A stretch of DNA of 64,000 bases, from positions 11,036,001 through 11,100,000 of the forward strand of contig OZ024765.1 of the NCBI GenBank assembly GCA_964016885.1, read 5' to 3'. The DNA is from Eledone cirrhosa (Eukaryota). The notes beneath the pieces were generated by a model, which searched no databases, was not told where the DNA came from, and saw only the letters and a program-made list of their open reading frames with translations. This document shows positions 22,945 through 36,490 of the stretch, piece by piece (within the stretch, counting starts at the first letter, position 1; each line of letters opens with the position of its first letter). Made by a program: the position numbers and the translations under genes.

Positions 22945-24194
22945 AATTAATAATTAAGATAAAGATTCTACTGGCAATGTGGATAATGATATAGGTAATG
23001 ATGATGATGATGATGATGATGATGAGGTGAAGCTGAAGAAGAAAGTGAAATAAAAATAAAATGACAGAGAGAGAGAGAGAGAGAGACTGTGACAGATTTA
23101 TTAATAAAACAGCTGTAATGGACAGAGAAATAAATTACATATGACAGAGGTATAAAGAAAAGAATCTGGTGACAAGCTAAATTATATTGAAACATTGTAC
23201 AGAATATTGTAATGTAAAATATAAATTTTAATGATTAAATTTGTAATTGTTTTATCTGTGAGAAACTAGAGAAGTTAAACTTTGGTATATATTTTATAAC
23301 TTTGAACATATCATTTAAATTTGACATTATCTATTTATTAATCTACCTACCTATCTATCTATATATCTAGCTATCTTTCTATCTATGTATATATCTAGCT
23401 ATCTTTCTATCTATCTATCTATCTATCTGTCCTTTATTTCACGTTGCTCCTTCTACCTGGAGTTGTGACCGATAGATAGTATTAGCAATTGGAAAGACCG
23501 ACGGAAACATTGTTCCCTCGGTCCGATTTGACGAAAGTCGATCGTTCCTAGATATATATGTATCTTTCTGTGTAACTATCTATCTCTTTACCTATCTATG
23601 TACGTACACATTCACCCACAGATTCACAGAGTAGATGATGATGGAAGGTGATGAGTGGAGAGATGCTATGCCGAAAAGAACCCATCCAACCTATGCAAGC
23701 AGGTATAAGTGGACCTAAAAAAGACACCAATGATGATGATGGTTTAAATGAATATAAAATGAAATACGGTGATGGTTAGAGTAACAATAGGAAGAAGGAT
23801 TTAAGTTTCTTTACAAAGAATATTGAAATCTATTATTAAATTAAATATTATTCAATATAAACTCCATCATATTTGAGAGGTATTATGCTAGTATATATAT
23901 ATATATATGAATAATTTACTTCATGCGTGATTATTATTTTTAACACAATAGGATTTTGAACACATGCTTCTTTGAAGAATCTTTCAAAGAAGTATGATAC
24001 ATAACCTTTTGTACTGTTTATTATAATAAATTACTGTATTTTGAGCTGTTTTAACTTCTCCACCTACATCCGTCTAATTTTAAATATTGTTTTTTGTAAG
24101 AAAACAATATTTTATTCATAAATATATAAATATATATATATATATATGAAAAAAATATCATTTTTTTTACAAAATCAATATTTAATCTATATAT

Positions 24195-24332
24195 AAGGAA
24201 GAAAGTGTGGTAAGGAATCAGATGGACCATAACGCACCAGAGTACTCAATACTTAGGGTAGTAGAGTGGGTAATAGGAAAATGTTTGAGCCTGACGGCAG
24301 AGCTCTAGCCGTTTCGACGGCTGTTTCTGGTC

Positions 24333-24368
<36 letters not shown>

Positions 24369-24510
24369 ACGAAAGAAGTGTGGTAAGGAACCAGGTACAC
24401 CATAACAGACCAGAGTATTCAATACTTTGGGTGGTAGAGTGGGTAACAGGAAAAGAGTCAGAACCCCAATGGCAGAGCTCTGCCCTCGGGGTTCTGACCC
24501 TTTTCCTATA
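24195..24510. mobile_element. Two family C copies separated by (TA)n
   Basis: gtggtaaggaa...ccataac...gagtactcaatactt...gtagagtgggtaa occurs twice. Confidence 0.7.
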
Positions 24511-24619
24511 TATATATGGTGCTATTAAGTTAGACATGGGCAGGGCCAATACTAGCCGACACCTATCAAAGTTATATACATATATACATATATACATGTA
24601 CACACACAGGTAAGTGTAG

Positions 24620-26130
24620 GCCTGGAACTGATTTGAAGATAGCAAGTTTAGCTCCCTTTGTCCTGGTGACCGAATGCTGAAGCTGGCAAATTATTGCAGC
24701 AGCTCCTGCAATTCTTGCATTTAATTCAGCCTCCTGCCTTCCACCACTCATGAAAATAGCCCAGAGATACTTGAACTTCTCCACTTAATTCAGTGTAATG
24801 CCACTTACATGTAAAGTGCACTGATCAGGCTTCTTTGAGATGAAGAGTGTCAAGCAGCACTCAGCAGCAAACTTAACAAGTGCATGAATCTTGGATAATG
24901 ACCGAAAGAATATGGCTCCATGGAAGGGTCCTCAGAATAATGTTACTTCATAGTGCATAGCTCATAAATCAGGGAGTCACTCCAGGTAGAGCTGCTTCTT
25001 CTCTGAATTGAGAGATCACAGCTCTGATACTATGGACATGTGGTTAGAATGTCTCAGGAAAGAATTGCTGGAGATATTTGTAGCTCAGAGATGAGAGAGT
25101 CACTCCAGGTAGAGCTGCTACTTCTCTGTATTGAGAGATCACAGCTCTGACACTATGGACATGTGGTTAGAATGTCTCAGGAAAGAATTTCTGGAGATAT
25201 TTGTAGCTCGGAGATGAGAGAGTAACTCCAGGTAGAGCTGCTACTTCTCTGTATTGAGAGATCACAGCTCTGATACTATGGACATGTGGTTAGAATGTCT
25301 CAGGAAAGAATTGCTGGAGATATTTGTAGCTCAGAGATGAGAGAGTCATTCCAGGTAGAGCTGCTACTTCTCTGAATTGAGAGATCACAGTTCTGATACT
25401 ATGGACATGTGGTTAGAATGTCCGAGGAAAGAATTTCTGGAGATATTTGTAGCTTGGAGATCAGTCACTTCAGGTAGAGCTGCTACTTCTCTGAATTGAG
25501 ACATCACAGCTCTGATACTATGGACATGTGGTTAGAATGTCTCAGGAAAGAATCACTGTAGAAATTTGTAGCTCGGAGATGAGAGAGTCACTCGTGGTAG
25601 AGCTGCTACTTCTCTGTATTGAGAGATCACAGTTCTGATACTATGGACATGTGGTTAGAATGTCTGAGGAAAGAATTTCTGGAGATATTTGTAGCTCGGA
25701 GATCAGTGAGTCACTCCAGGTAGAGCTGCTACTTCTCTGAAATGAGAGATCACAGCTCTGATACTATGGACATGTGGTTAGAATGTCTGAGGAAAGAATT
25801 TCTGGAGATATTTGTAGCTCGGAGATCAGCGAGTCACTCCAGGTAGAGCTGCTACTTCTCTGAATTGAGAGATCACAGTTCTGATACTATGGACATGTGG
25901 TTAGAATGTTTGAGGAAAGAATTTCTGGAGATATTTGTAGCTCGGACATCAGCGAGTCACTCCAGGTAGAGCTGCTACTTCTCTGAAATGAGAGATCACA
26001 GCTCTGATACTATGGACATGTGGTTAGAATGTCTTAGGAAAGAATCGTAGAGTAGATTTTATGAGCATAACCAACTGGTAGGAGACCCAGTGGTAGACCT
26101 TGAGCAAGATGGCTGGATAACATCCATTAA
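24620..26130. mobile_element. RTE LINE fragments (minus 24620-24880, plus 24885-26130)
   Basis: EKFKYLWAIFMSGGRQEAELNARIAGA on minus; the plus part matches the reverse of 7400-7680. Confidence 0.8.
24955..26048 (+). repeat. 123-bp tandem repeat, ~9 copies, from an RTE ORF segment
   Basis: ggacatgtgg recurs at 25034, 25157, 25280 and onward; the unit is homologous to single-copy 7470-7580 (reverse). Confidence 0.92.
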
Positions 26131-26140
26131 TGGTATATAT

Positions 26141-26506
26141 TCATGGCTGAGCGATAAGAGAATTGGATTCGCAATCGTGAGGTTTTGATTTCAATTCCTG
26201 GACGGGGCGATGCGTTATGTCCTTGAGCAAGACATTTTATTTCACATTGCTCCTTCTACCTGGAGTTATGACCATGTATATATCAGCTGTAGAAATGAGA
26301 TGATAGGGACTAGGGTCCCTATCATTCCACTGCAAAGTGGTCGTGGAGGTGCCACAGCAAAAAAAGCACCCAGTACTCACTGTAAATGAGGTTGGTGTTA
26401 GGAAGGGCATCCAGCTGTAGAAATCAAGCCAGAATCAGTTCCCGTCCCACCCTTGCAAGCAGGGAAAAGTGGACGTAAAATGAAATGATGATGATGATGA
26501 TGATGA
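26141..26506 (+). mobile_element. SINE family A-related head plus family A body/tail
   Basis: ccttgagcaagacattttatttcacattgctcc domain; tail ends in (GAT)n. Confidence 0.8.
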
Positions 26507-26632
26507 TACCTTGTGATAATGCAACTTCCTTTTAAAAAGTTGATTTGGTAGTGCTAAATCAACTTTTTAAAAGGAAGTTGCATTATCACAAGGTATGTCA
26601 CTAATTATTTATAAAACAGCTTATGTATTGTA

Positions 26633-26694
26633 TTTTGTCTGAGGAAGGCATAACATATTTTTAATATGATATCCCAGAAATATATATAACGAAA
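26633..26694 (+). ncRNA. Type I hammerhead ribozyme (family D)
   Basis: TTTTGT-CTGAGGA-AGGCATAACATATT...AATATGATATCCCA-GAAA-TATAT-ATA-ACGAAA. Confidence 0.65.
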
Positions 26695-26830
26695 TAAATA
26701 TGGTTTTATAAATATAAATATAGTTTCCATTTTTTTAATATCGTAAACCTACTCCAGAAACTGTTGAGTGCTTTTATATCAGTTATAAAATATTTACTCG
26801 TTGTAACCCAACAATCTTAAATAAAACTTT

Positions 26831-26881
<51 letters not shown>

Positions 26882-26979
26882 ACCTTTGCATCTGATAGAT
26901 GCACCAAAAGTAAATAGAACAGAGAACAAAAACCTTCAATGATCACAAGAAAAAATCCCGAAAAATCATATTTACTGAC

Positions 26980-27349
26980 CTTCAAAGACAAAACGTTCAT
27001 TCCAGTGAGGGTTCAAATTGCGTTTTCGTACTTTCGTGAGTAACTTGTGTTTTTTGTCTGGTAAAAGCAACACTTTAACGTAAGGGTCACTAGTTCCAGT
27101 GAAGTCTTTGGCCGGTAATTGACAAGCTCGGAAAATAGTTACGGTCAACGTTAAAGTCCGGAAATCGTAGCCAATCGCGTATTGGATTTTCCCGAGTTTG
27201 TAATCGAGACCCTCCACTTCGGGCAAAGGTTCCTCGTCGTTGGTGGCATCAATCAGCTTCGTTGCCAAACTCCGAACCCCTTTCCACATGCTCCCATCTT
27301 CCTCCGTTTGGTTTTGAGCGGGGGGTCGAGCAGGAGGAAGGCCTTCATT
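26980..27349 (-). CDS. Syt7: Synaptotagmin-7-like coding exon (linker plus first part of C2A domain)
   Basis: Acceptor tctttatag|AAT at 27350-27351 and donor GAAG|gtcagt at 26979-26978. 370 nt, phase 0 to 1. Translates [10 protein letters not shown]...[72 protein letters not shown], matching the Syt7-type C2A signature ([36 protein letters not shown]). Confidence 0.93.
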
Positions 27350-27582
27350 CTATAAAGATAGAAAAAAGGAAAGAAGTGAGTGTGAGTGTGAGTTGGAGTG
27401 GAAAAGTGTGAGTGTGAGTTGGAGTGAAAAAGATCGCTTAACAAGAATTTTTGCCTCTAGGGTTATACATATATACATATGTATATATATATATATACAC
27501 ACACACACACATATATATATACATATGTATGTATATATATATATATATATATACACATATATATATACACACATATATATAC

Positions 27583-27619
<37 letters not shown>

Positions 27620-27706
27620 TATATATATATACACACACACACACATATATATACATATGTATATATATATATATATACACATATATATATACACACACAT
27701 ATATAC

Positions 27707-27749
<43 letters not shown>

Positions 27750-27879
27750 TATATATATACACACTCACACACACATATATATATATATAAACACACAGGC
27801 ATTGCACGATAGAATTAATTAATAATTATTAATAATGGTATAACGAACAATGGCCATACTCGATAACGAGGAGGCAGCC

Positions 27880-27914
<35 letters not shown>

Positions 27915-28127
27915 AGGGGGTGTAACTAGGTGTACTGGTGTGTATAAGTATAACAAGGAGACGTGGTTTGTGTGTATAATATTTAATAAACAATTTGTGG
28001 ATATATAGAACAGTATATATATATAAAGGTTTACATCGTGACTTCTGGCGTCACGCAGTAATACAGAGTACCCGACCTCCCATGGGTACATGCTGAAGCA
28101 TATAAACAATATGCCCCCACACCCCCC

Positions 28128-28392
28128 AGTGCAAGGTGGTCGTGGAGGTGCCACGGCAAAAAAGCACCCAGCCCACACTGTAAAGTGGACGTGTAGGCGC
28201 CACGAAAAAGCACCCAGCACTCACTGTAAATGAGGTTGGTGTTAGGAAGGGCATCTAGCTGTAGAAATCAAGCCAGATCAGTTCCTGTATGAGCAAGGCA
28301 TGGTCAGACACTGCACACAACAGGACAACCCGTCTAACCCATGCTAGCGTGGAAGAACGGACGTAAAACGGTGATGATGATGATGATGATGA
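28128..28392 (+). mobile_element. SINE A/RTE-tail fragment
   Basis: ggttggtgttaggaagggcatc...ggacgtaaaacggtgatgatg. Confidence 0.75.
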
Positions 28393-28804
28393 TATATACA
28401 TATACGTATTTTGCAAAGGGTCACTTTGTGGCTCAATGAAAATTTAATAAATTAAATAATCAGAGCTATTTATCATAAAAGATGTCTATAGAATCACCAG
28501 ATAAAATATATACCATTTCCTCTCCCTGTATCTGGGCACCGCTGTCGAAATATTCGATAAATATTCCGCTGCGGCCGACGCAAAGGGCTAGTTTCGGTTA
28601 TTTGTTGGAGATTTCTTCATAGAAGCCTCATTCTTATAGCCTGGTCTATTCGATTTTTTATATAGTTAATTATGCTAATTGGGAGAGGAAATGGTATATA
28701 TTTTATCTTGTGATTCTATAGACATGTTTTATGATATTTCATTTTTCATTTCATTTTATGTCCGCTTTTTCCCTGCTTGCAAGGGTGAGACGGGAACTGA
28801 TGCT

Positions 28805-28942
28805 GGCATTTTTAGAGAGAACCCTTTAGCGGCTAATAGTGGTATAAGCTCTCTGACTCTAGTTACTGTACTTTCAGAGCACCCTCCCCCACTGCTGATT
28901 TTGTCAACCAGGTAACGGAAGCTGTCCACTATTTCTATAGAA

Positions 28943-28945
<3 letters not shown>
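28805..28945 (-). mobile_element. RTE ORF fragment
   Basis: GSIEIVDSFRYLVDKISSGGGCSESTVTRVRELIPLLAAKGFSLK. Confidence 0.75.
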
Positions 28946-28998
<53 letters not shown>

Positions 28999-29064
28999 TC
29001 TTACTAGATTAATAACAAACTATATATATAATATATATCTGAATATATTTATATATATGTATAT

Positions 29065-29395
29065 ATCATCATCATCATTTTACGTCCACTTTTCCCTGCT
29101 TGCAAGGGTGGGATGGGAACTGATTCTGGCTTGATTTCTACAGCTGGATGCCCTTCCTAACACCAACCTCATATACAGTGAGTGCTGGGTGCTTTTTTTT
29201 GCCATGGCACCTCCACGACCACTTTGCAGTGGAATGATATGGACCCCAGTCCCTATCATCTCATTTCTACAGCTGAGTAAACTGGAGCAATGTGAAATAA
29301 AGTGTCTTGCTCAAGAAAACAACACATCACCCGGTCTGAGAATTGAACTCACAACCTTTCGATTGCAAGGCCAATACTCTAACCACTAAGCCATG

Positions 29396-29399
<4 letters not shown>
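29065..29399 (-). mobile_element. SINE family A, full length
   Basis: Matches 13331-13677. Confidence 0.9.
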
Positions 29400-29462
<63 letters not shown>

Positions 29463-30011
29463 TTATATGATAATAATGGAGCTGCGGCGCTGCAAATGGG
29501 TTACATATGAAAAAGTTTGTCCTCATCAGTGGCCATCCAACCGTCGTAGGCATTTCATCGCATTAAAGACCATATACCTCAGGTTGGTGTGAGCAACGGC
29601 TAAAAAAAAGTCGTTGGGACACGTAAATAAAGGGGACGCTAGGGTAAACGAACAAAATGGTTTAAGCAGCAGAAAGTGATGAAGAAGGAAACAAGTCCCA
29701 GATTTCTATGAATATAAATTCGGTGGAATCGTGAACGAGAGAATAAAGACCATCAAACCTGGTTGAAATGTGAGCAAGGAAGGAATTTCACACAGGTCTA
29801 CACATTTACATATATTTCCAAAACAAACACTTTAACCACACAGCCATTCCCGTTAAGGAGTTTGACTAATGTCTGAAGAGATCAAATTTCTGTTGTTTTG
29901 GTCTGTTTCAGGTGTTTAATTAATGACAGAATTAATTAATTGCAAATTTCATCTGGAGATACTAAATAGAGTCGAGTGACCACTGGCATGTGGTAGCTTA
30001 ATATATTGGTT

Positions 30012-30300
30012 GGTGATGATGGTGGTGATGATGGTGGTGGTGGTGTTGATGATGATGATGGTGGTGATGATGGTGATGGTGGTGATGATGGTGATGTTGA
30101 GTGTGATGATAGTGGTGGTGGTGATGATGATGGGGGTGATGGTGATGTTGAGTGTGATGATAGTGGTGGTGGTGGTGATGATGGTGGTGGTGATGGTGGC
30201 GATGGTGGTGGTGGTGGTGATGATGGTGGTGGTGATGGTGGCGATGCTGATGGTGGTGGTGGTGATGATGGTGATGAAAGAGGTAATGGTGATAGTGGAT
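30012..30300. repeat. (GGT/GAT)n compound microsatellite
   Basis: Directly visible in the sequence. Confidence 0.9.
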
Positions 30301-30422
30301 GTATCATCATCATCATTTAAAGTCCATTTATTTTCAGTAATGGACAAAGTGTTATCAACTGTTTGTTGAAAAATAGAGTGAAGTGATTTAAAATACCAGG
30401 TGTACAGTTATACAGGGTTTAA

Positions 30423-31349
30423 CCCTTTACCATTTACATTACTTTATATATACTATTGTATTTTCACAGTAAAGGCTTTACCTCACATAATATCTCACAT
30501 AACATTTACATTACTCTATATATACTATTGTATTTTCACAGTAAAGGCTTTACCTCACATAATATCTCACATAACATTTACATTACTCTATATATACTAT
30601 TGTATTTTCACAGTAAAGGCTTTACCTCACATAATATCTCACATAACATTTACATTACTCTATATATACTATTGTATTTTCACAGTAAAGGCTTTACCTC
30701 ACATAATATCTCACATAACATTTACATTACTCTATATATACTATTGTATTTTCACAGTAAAGACTTTACCTCACATAATATCTCACATAACATTTACATT
30801 ACTCTATATATACTATTGTATTTTCACAGTAAAGGCTTTACCTCACATAATATCTCACATAACATTTACATTACTCTATATATACTATTGTATTTTCACA
30901 GTAAAGGCTTTACCTCACATAATATCTCACATAACATTTACATTACTTTATATATACTATTGTATTTTCACAGTAAAGGCTTTACCTCACATAATATCTC
31001 ACATAACATTTACATTACTCTATATATACTATTGTATTTTCACAGTAAAGGCTTTACCTCACATAATATCTCACATAACATTTACATTACTCTATATATA
31101 CTATTGTATTTTCACAGTAAAGACTTTACCTCACATAATATCTCACATAACATTTACATTACTCTATATATACTATTGTATTTTCATGGTAAAGGCTTTA
31201 CCTCACATAATATCGAATCTATGAGATTTTGAAAGTATCTATTTTGAGAACAATACTTTAACATCAGTATGAGTGGCCAGTTACAGCCAGTTTCAACAGA
31301 AAGAGGTAGAGAATTCTGGCCGGTTTTGGCCGGTTTGAAAATTAAAGGG
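30423..31349. mobile_element. piggyBac-like MITE expanded by an internal 72-bp array
   Basis: TTAA|CCCTTTACCATTTA start and AAAGGG|TTAT end; unexpanded copy at 20332-20538. Confidence 0.8.
30431..31213. repeat. 72-bp tandem repeat, ~11 copies
   Basis: Unit catttacattactctatatatactattgtattttcacagtaaaggctttacctcacataatatctcacataa. Confidence 0.95.
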
Positions 31350-31630
31350 TTATAGAAACATTATTGCAATACTGGACACATTGTTATACAGAACATAAAG
31401 GGACATTATCTCAAAACTGGGTTGTTGGGGTAGAGTGGTAAAGGGGGACCCTCTTTGGTCACAAATGACCATGGCATTTGCACCTAGAAAGTTTCCCTTC
31501 GAGGCACAAGTCTGGGCAAAGTTGTTTGTGGAAGACCAGGAGTCACCCATGCATAGCAGCCTGCCCTCTCCACAGGGAATGGCCGATACAGCTTGGCACC
31601 AGTGACGTCGCAACTCATTTATATAACATA

Positions 31631-31720
31631 CTAGCAGAATGGCCCGGCGTTGCCCGGGATTTGCTCTAGGGTTCTTATATATTTGATATATATTTATCCC
31701 TATCGAGCCTCGTGAAATAA
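31631..31720 (-). mobile_element. Helitron 3' terminus
   Basis: Reverse strand cccgggcaacgccgggccattctgCTAG|T, similar to 12508-12536. Confidence 0.7.
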
Positions 31721-31775
31721 ATACGTTTGTTTATATTTTGTTATTGTGTATGCAAAAATATCTGTACACGACATT

Positions 31776-33260
31776 ATATACACACTATCACAATATATAC
31801 ACACTATCACAGTATATATACACACTATCACAGTATATATACACACTATCACAGTATATATACACACTATCACAATATATATACACACTATCACAGTATA
31901 TATACACACTATCACAGTATATATACACACTATCACAGTATATATACACACTATCACAGTATATATACACACACTATCACAGTATATATACACACTATCA
32001 CAGTATATATACACACTATCACAGTATATATACACACACTATCAGAATATATATACACACTATCACAATATATATACACACTATCACAGTATATATACAC
32101 ACTATCACAGTATATATACACACTATCACAGTATATACACACTATCACAATATATATACACACTATCACAGTATATATACACACTATCACAATATATATA
32201 CACACTATCACAGTATATATACACACTATCACAGTATATACACACTATCACAGTATATATACACACTATCACAGTATATATACACACTATCACAATATAT
32301 ATACACACTATCACAATATATATACACACTATCACAGTATATATACACACTATCACAGTATATATACACACTATCACAGTATATATACACTATCACAGTA
32401 TATATATACACTATCACAGTATATATACACACTATCACAATATATATACACACTATCACAATATATATACACACTATCACAGTATATATACACACTATCA
32501 CAGTATATACACACTATCACAGTATATACACACTATCACAATATATATATACACTATCACAGTATATATACACACTATCACAGTATATATACACACTATC
32601 ACAATATATATACACACTATCACAATATATATACACACTATCACAATATATATACACACTATCACAGTATATATACACACTATCACAGTATATATACACA
32701 CTATCACAGTATATATACACACTATCACAATATATATACACACTATCACAGTATATATACACACTATCACAGTATATATACACACTATCACAGTATATAT
32801 ACACACTATCACAGTATATATACACACTATCACAGTATATATACACACTATCACAATATATATACACACTATCACAGTATATATACACACTATCACAATA
32901 TATATACACACTATCACAGTATATATACACACTATCACAGTATATATATACACTATCACAGTATATATACACACTATCACAATATATATACACACTATCA
33001 CAATATATATACACACTATCACAATATATATACACACTATCACAGTATATATACACACTATCACAGTATATATACACACTATCACAATATATATACACAC
33101 TATCACAGTATATATACACACTATCACAATATATATACACACTATCACAGTATATATACACACTATCACAATATATATACACTATCACCATATATATACA
33201 CACTATCACAATATATATACACACTATCACAGTATATATACACACTATCACAGTATATAT
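31776..33260. repeat. 21-bp minisatellite (cacactatcacagtatatata), ~70 copies
   Basis: Directly visible; includes 19- and 23-bp variants. Confidence 0.97.
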
Positions 33261-33393
33261 ATATATATATATATACTATATATACATCATTATGGATTCG
33301 AAATATCGGTAGAGTGTCAGACACCATGCTTTGCAGCATTGAGTTACGGCCCTTCATGATCTGAGTTCAAATCCCACCGAGGTTAACTTTGAA

Positions 33394-34068
33394 CCAGTGG
33401 CACATCTAGAGTGACACCCCAACAACTGCCTATACCAGTGACACATCTAGAGTGACACTCCAACGACTGCCTCTACCAGTGGCACCCCAATGACTGGCTG
33501 TACCAGTGACACAACTAGAGTGACACCCCAACAACTGCCTCTACCAGTGACACATCTAGAGTGACACGCCAACAACTGCCTCTACCAGTGACACATCTAG
33601 AGTGACACCCCAACGACTGCCTCTACCAGTGACACATCTAGAGTGACACCCCAACGACTGCCTCTACCAGTGACACATCTAGAGTGACACGCCAACAACT
33701 GCCTCTACCAGTGACACATCTAGAGTGACACCCCAACGACTGCCTCTACCAGTGACACATCTAGAGTGACACCCCAACGACTGCCTCTACCAGTGACACA
33801 TCTAGAGTGACACCCCAACGACTGCCTCTACCAGTGACACATCTAGAGTGACACCCCAACAACTGCCTCTACCAGTGACACATCTAGAGTGACACCCCAA
33901 CAACTGCCTCTACCAGTGACACATCTAGAGTGACACCCCAACGACTGCCTCTACCAGTGACACATCTAGAGTGACACCCCAACAACTGCCTCTACCAGTG
34001 ACACATCTAGAGTGACACCCCAACAACTGCCTCTACCAGTGACACATCTAGAGTGACACCCCAACAAC
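33394..34068. repeat. 41-bp minisatellite, ~16 copies
   Basis: Unit accagtgacacatctagagtgacaccccaacgactgcctct. Confidence 0.95.
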
Positions 34069-34171
34069 TAGCTGCGCTAGTTGCAGGACTTCATTAATTG
34101 AATTCCGTGCTGTAGTTGTAATAGTAGTAGTAGTAATAGTATTAGTAGTAGTAGCAAGAATAGTGGTAGTG

Positions 34172-34207
<36 letters not shown>

Positions 34208-34653
34208 GTAATAGTAGTAGTAATAGTGGTATTAGTAGTAGTAATAGTGGTATTAGTAGTAGTAATAGTGGTGGTGGTATTAGTAGTAGTAATAGTGGTA
34301 GTAGTAGTAGTAGTAGTAGTGGTAGTAGTAGTGGTAGTAGTTGTTGTTGTAGCCAGACAGCGTAGAATATCCAGTGATGCCATTTTGGGAACTACCATCT
34401 ATAAAACGGACATAACCTTCAGATAAGAGAAACTCCCCCCTCTCTCTCATTCCAACTAATTCTCCCTCCCCCCTCTCTCATTCCAACTAATTCTCTCTCC
34501 CTCCCCCTCTCTCTCATTCCAACTATTTCTCTCCCCCTCCCCCTCTCTATCTCTATCTCTCCCTCACTCCCCAACTCTTTCTTTCTCTCTCCCTCCCTCT
34601 CCAACTATCTCTCTCTCTCTCTCTTCCTCCCTCCTTCTCCAACTCTGTCAAAG

Positions 34654-34684
<31 letters not shown>

Positions 34685-35444
34685 GTGTTTCTATTGTGTA
34701 GGTGTGTTTGTGTGCATTTTTGTTTATGTGTGTTTGCAGTTGTGTGTGTGTTTACATGTGGGTGTGGGTGTACGTGCGTTTTTGCATGTGTGTGTGTATG
34801 TTTGGGTGTTTGTGTGAATGAGTGTGATAAAAGACAGACAGACAGACAGATAGACAGATGGAATCACCAACCCCACACCACCACCACCATCACCAACAAC
34901 ACCATCACAACCAACACCTTCACCACCACCATCACTAGCAACCCCACACCACCACCACCACCAACAACAACACCATGACCAACAACACCATGGGGGTGAT
35001 GAGGTGGTGGTGGTGGTGGTGGTGTGGGGGTTGTTTTGATAGTTGCGATGGTATGGGGGGTGGTGATGATGTGGGTTTGTTGTTGGAGGTGGGGTTATTT
35101 TGATGGCTGTGATGGTGTGGGGGTGGTGTAGGATGGTGATGGTGTGGGGGGAGATGGTGTGGGTGGTGATGAGATGGTGGTGGTGGTGTGGGGTTGTTTT
35201 GATAGTTGTGATGCTATGGGGGTGGTGATGGTGTGGGCAAACTGGAGTCGGAAACTGATGTGATCCATATATAGTAACTAGTTAAGATACAAATCGGTCA
35301 TAAAAATTCTATCTATCGGTATTATTGGTGTCGGAATCAGTACACAACCAACCAACCAGACCAACCAACTAGACCAACCAACTAAACTGACCAGCAACCA
35401 AACCAGCCAACATAGTTTGATTTTCTTTCTGTCCATCTGACAAA

Positions 35445-36490
35445 CCAGCCAGCCACCAAACCACCCACCCAGTTAACCACCAGACCAACTGACCAGTCAG
35501 CCAGCCACCAAACCACCCACCCAGTTAACCACCAGACCAACTGACCAGTCAGCCAGCCACCAAACCACCCACCCAGTTAACCACCAGACCAACTGACCAG
35601 TCAGTCAGCCACCAAACCACCTACCCAGCCACCCAGTTAACCACCAGACCAACTGACCAGTCAGCCAGCCACCAAACCACCCACCCAGTTAACCACCAGA
35701 CCAACTGACCAGTCAGTCAGCCACCAAACCACCCACCCAGCCACCCAGTTAACCACCAGACCAACTGACCAGTCAGCCAGCCTCCAAACCACCCACCCAG
35801 CCACCCAGTTAACCACCAGACCAACTGACCAATCAGCCAGCCTCCAAACCACCCACCCAACCACCCAGTTAACCACCAGACCAGTCAGCCAGCCTCCAAA
35901 CCACCCACCCAGCCACCCAGTTAACCACCAGACCAACTGACCAGTCAGTCAGCCACCAAACCACCCACCCAGTTAACCACCAGACCAACTGACCAGTCAG
36001 CCAGCCACCAAACCACCCACCCAGTTAACCACCAGACCAACTGACCAGTCAGTCAGCCACCAAACCACCTACCCAGCCACCCAGTTAACCACCAGACCAA
36101 CTGACCAGTCAGCCAGCCTCCAAACCACCCACCCAGCCACCCAGTTAACCACCAGACCAACTGACCAATCAGCCAGCCTCCAAACCACCCACTCAGCCAC
36201 CCAGTTAACCACCAGACCAACTGACCAGTCAGCCAGCCTCCAAACCACCCACCCAGCCACCCAGTTAACCACCAGACCAACTGACCAGTCAGCCAGCCTC
36301 CAAACCACCCACCCAGTTAACCACCAGACCAACTGACCAGTCAGCCAGCCTCCAAACCACCCACCCAGCCACCCAGTTAACTACCAGACCAACTGACCAG
36401 TCAGCCAGCCTCCAAACCACCCACCCAGCCACCCAGTTAACTACCAGACCAACTGACCAGTCAGCCAGCCGCCAGACCAACTGACCAACT
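35445..36490. repeat. C/A-rich ~49/60-bp compound minisatellite
   Basis: cagccagccaccaaaccacccacccag(ccacccag)ttaaccaccagaccaactgaccagt. Confidence 0.92.

Noticed and set aside
29480-29580. Minus-strand CTGATGAGGAC (and CTGACGAAGGAC at ~59575) as a hammerhead
   Set aside because: No closing stem II or downstream GAAA; treated as an unidentified dispersed repeat.
30400-31232. 274/258-aa repetitive ORFs
   Set aside because: The 72-bp unit is a multiple of 3 and comes from a non-coding MITE.
31727-33364. 500+ aa ORFs in three frames
   Set aside because: Artefact of a stop-free 21-bp minisatellite.
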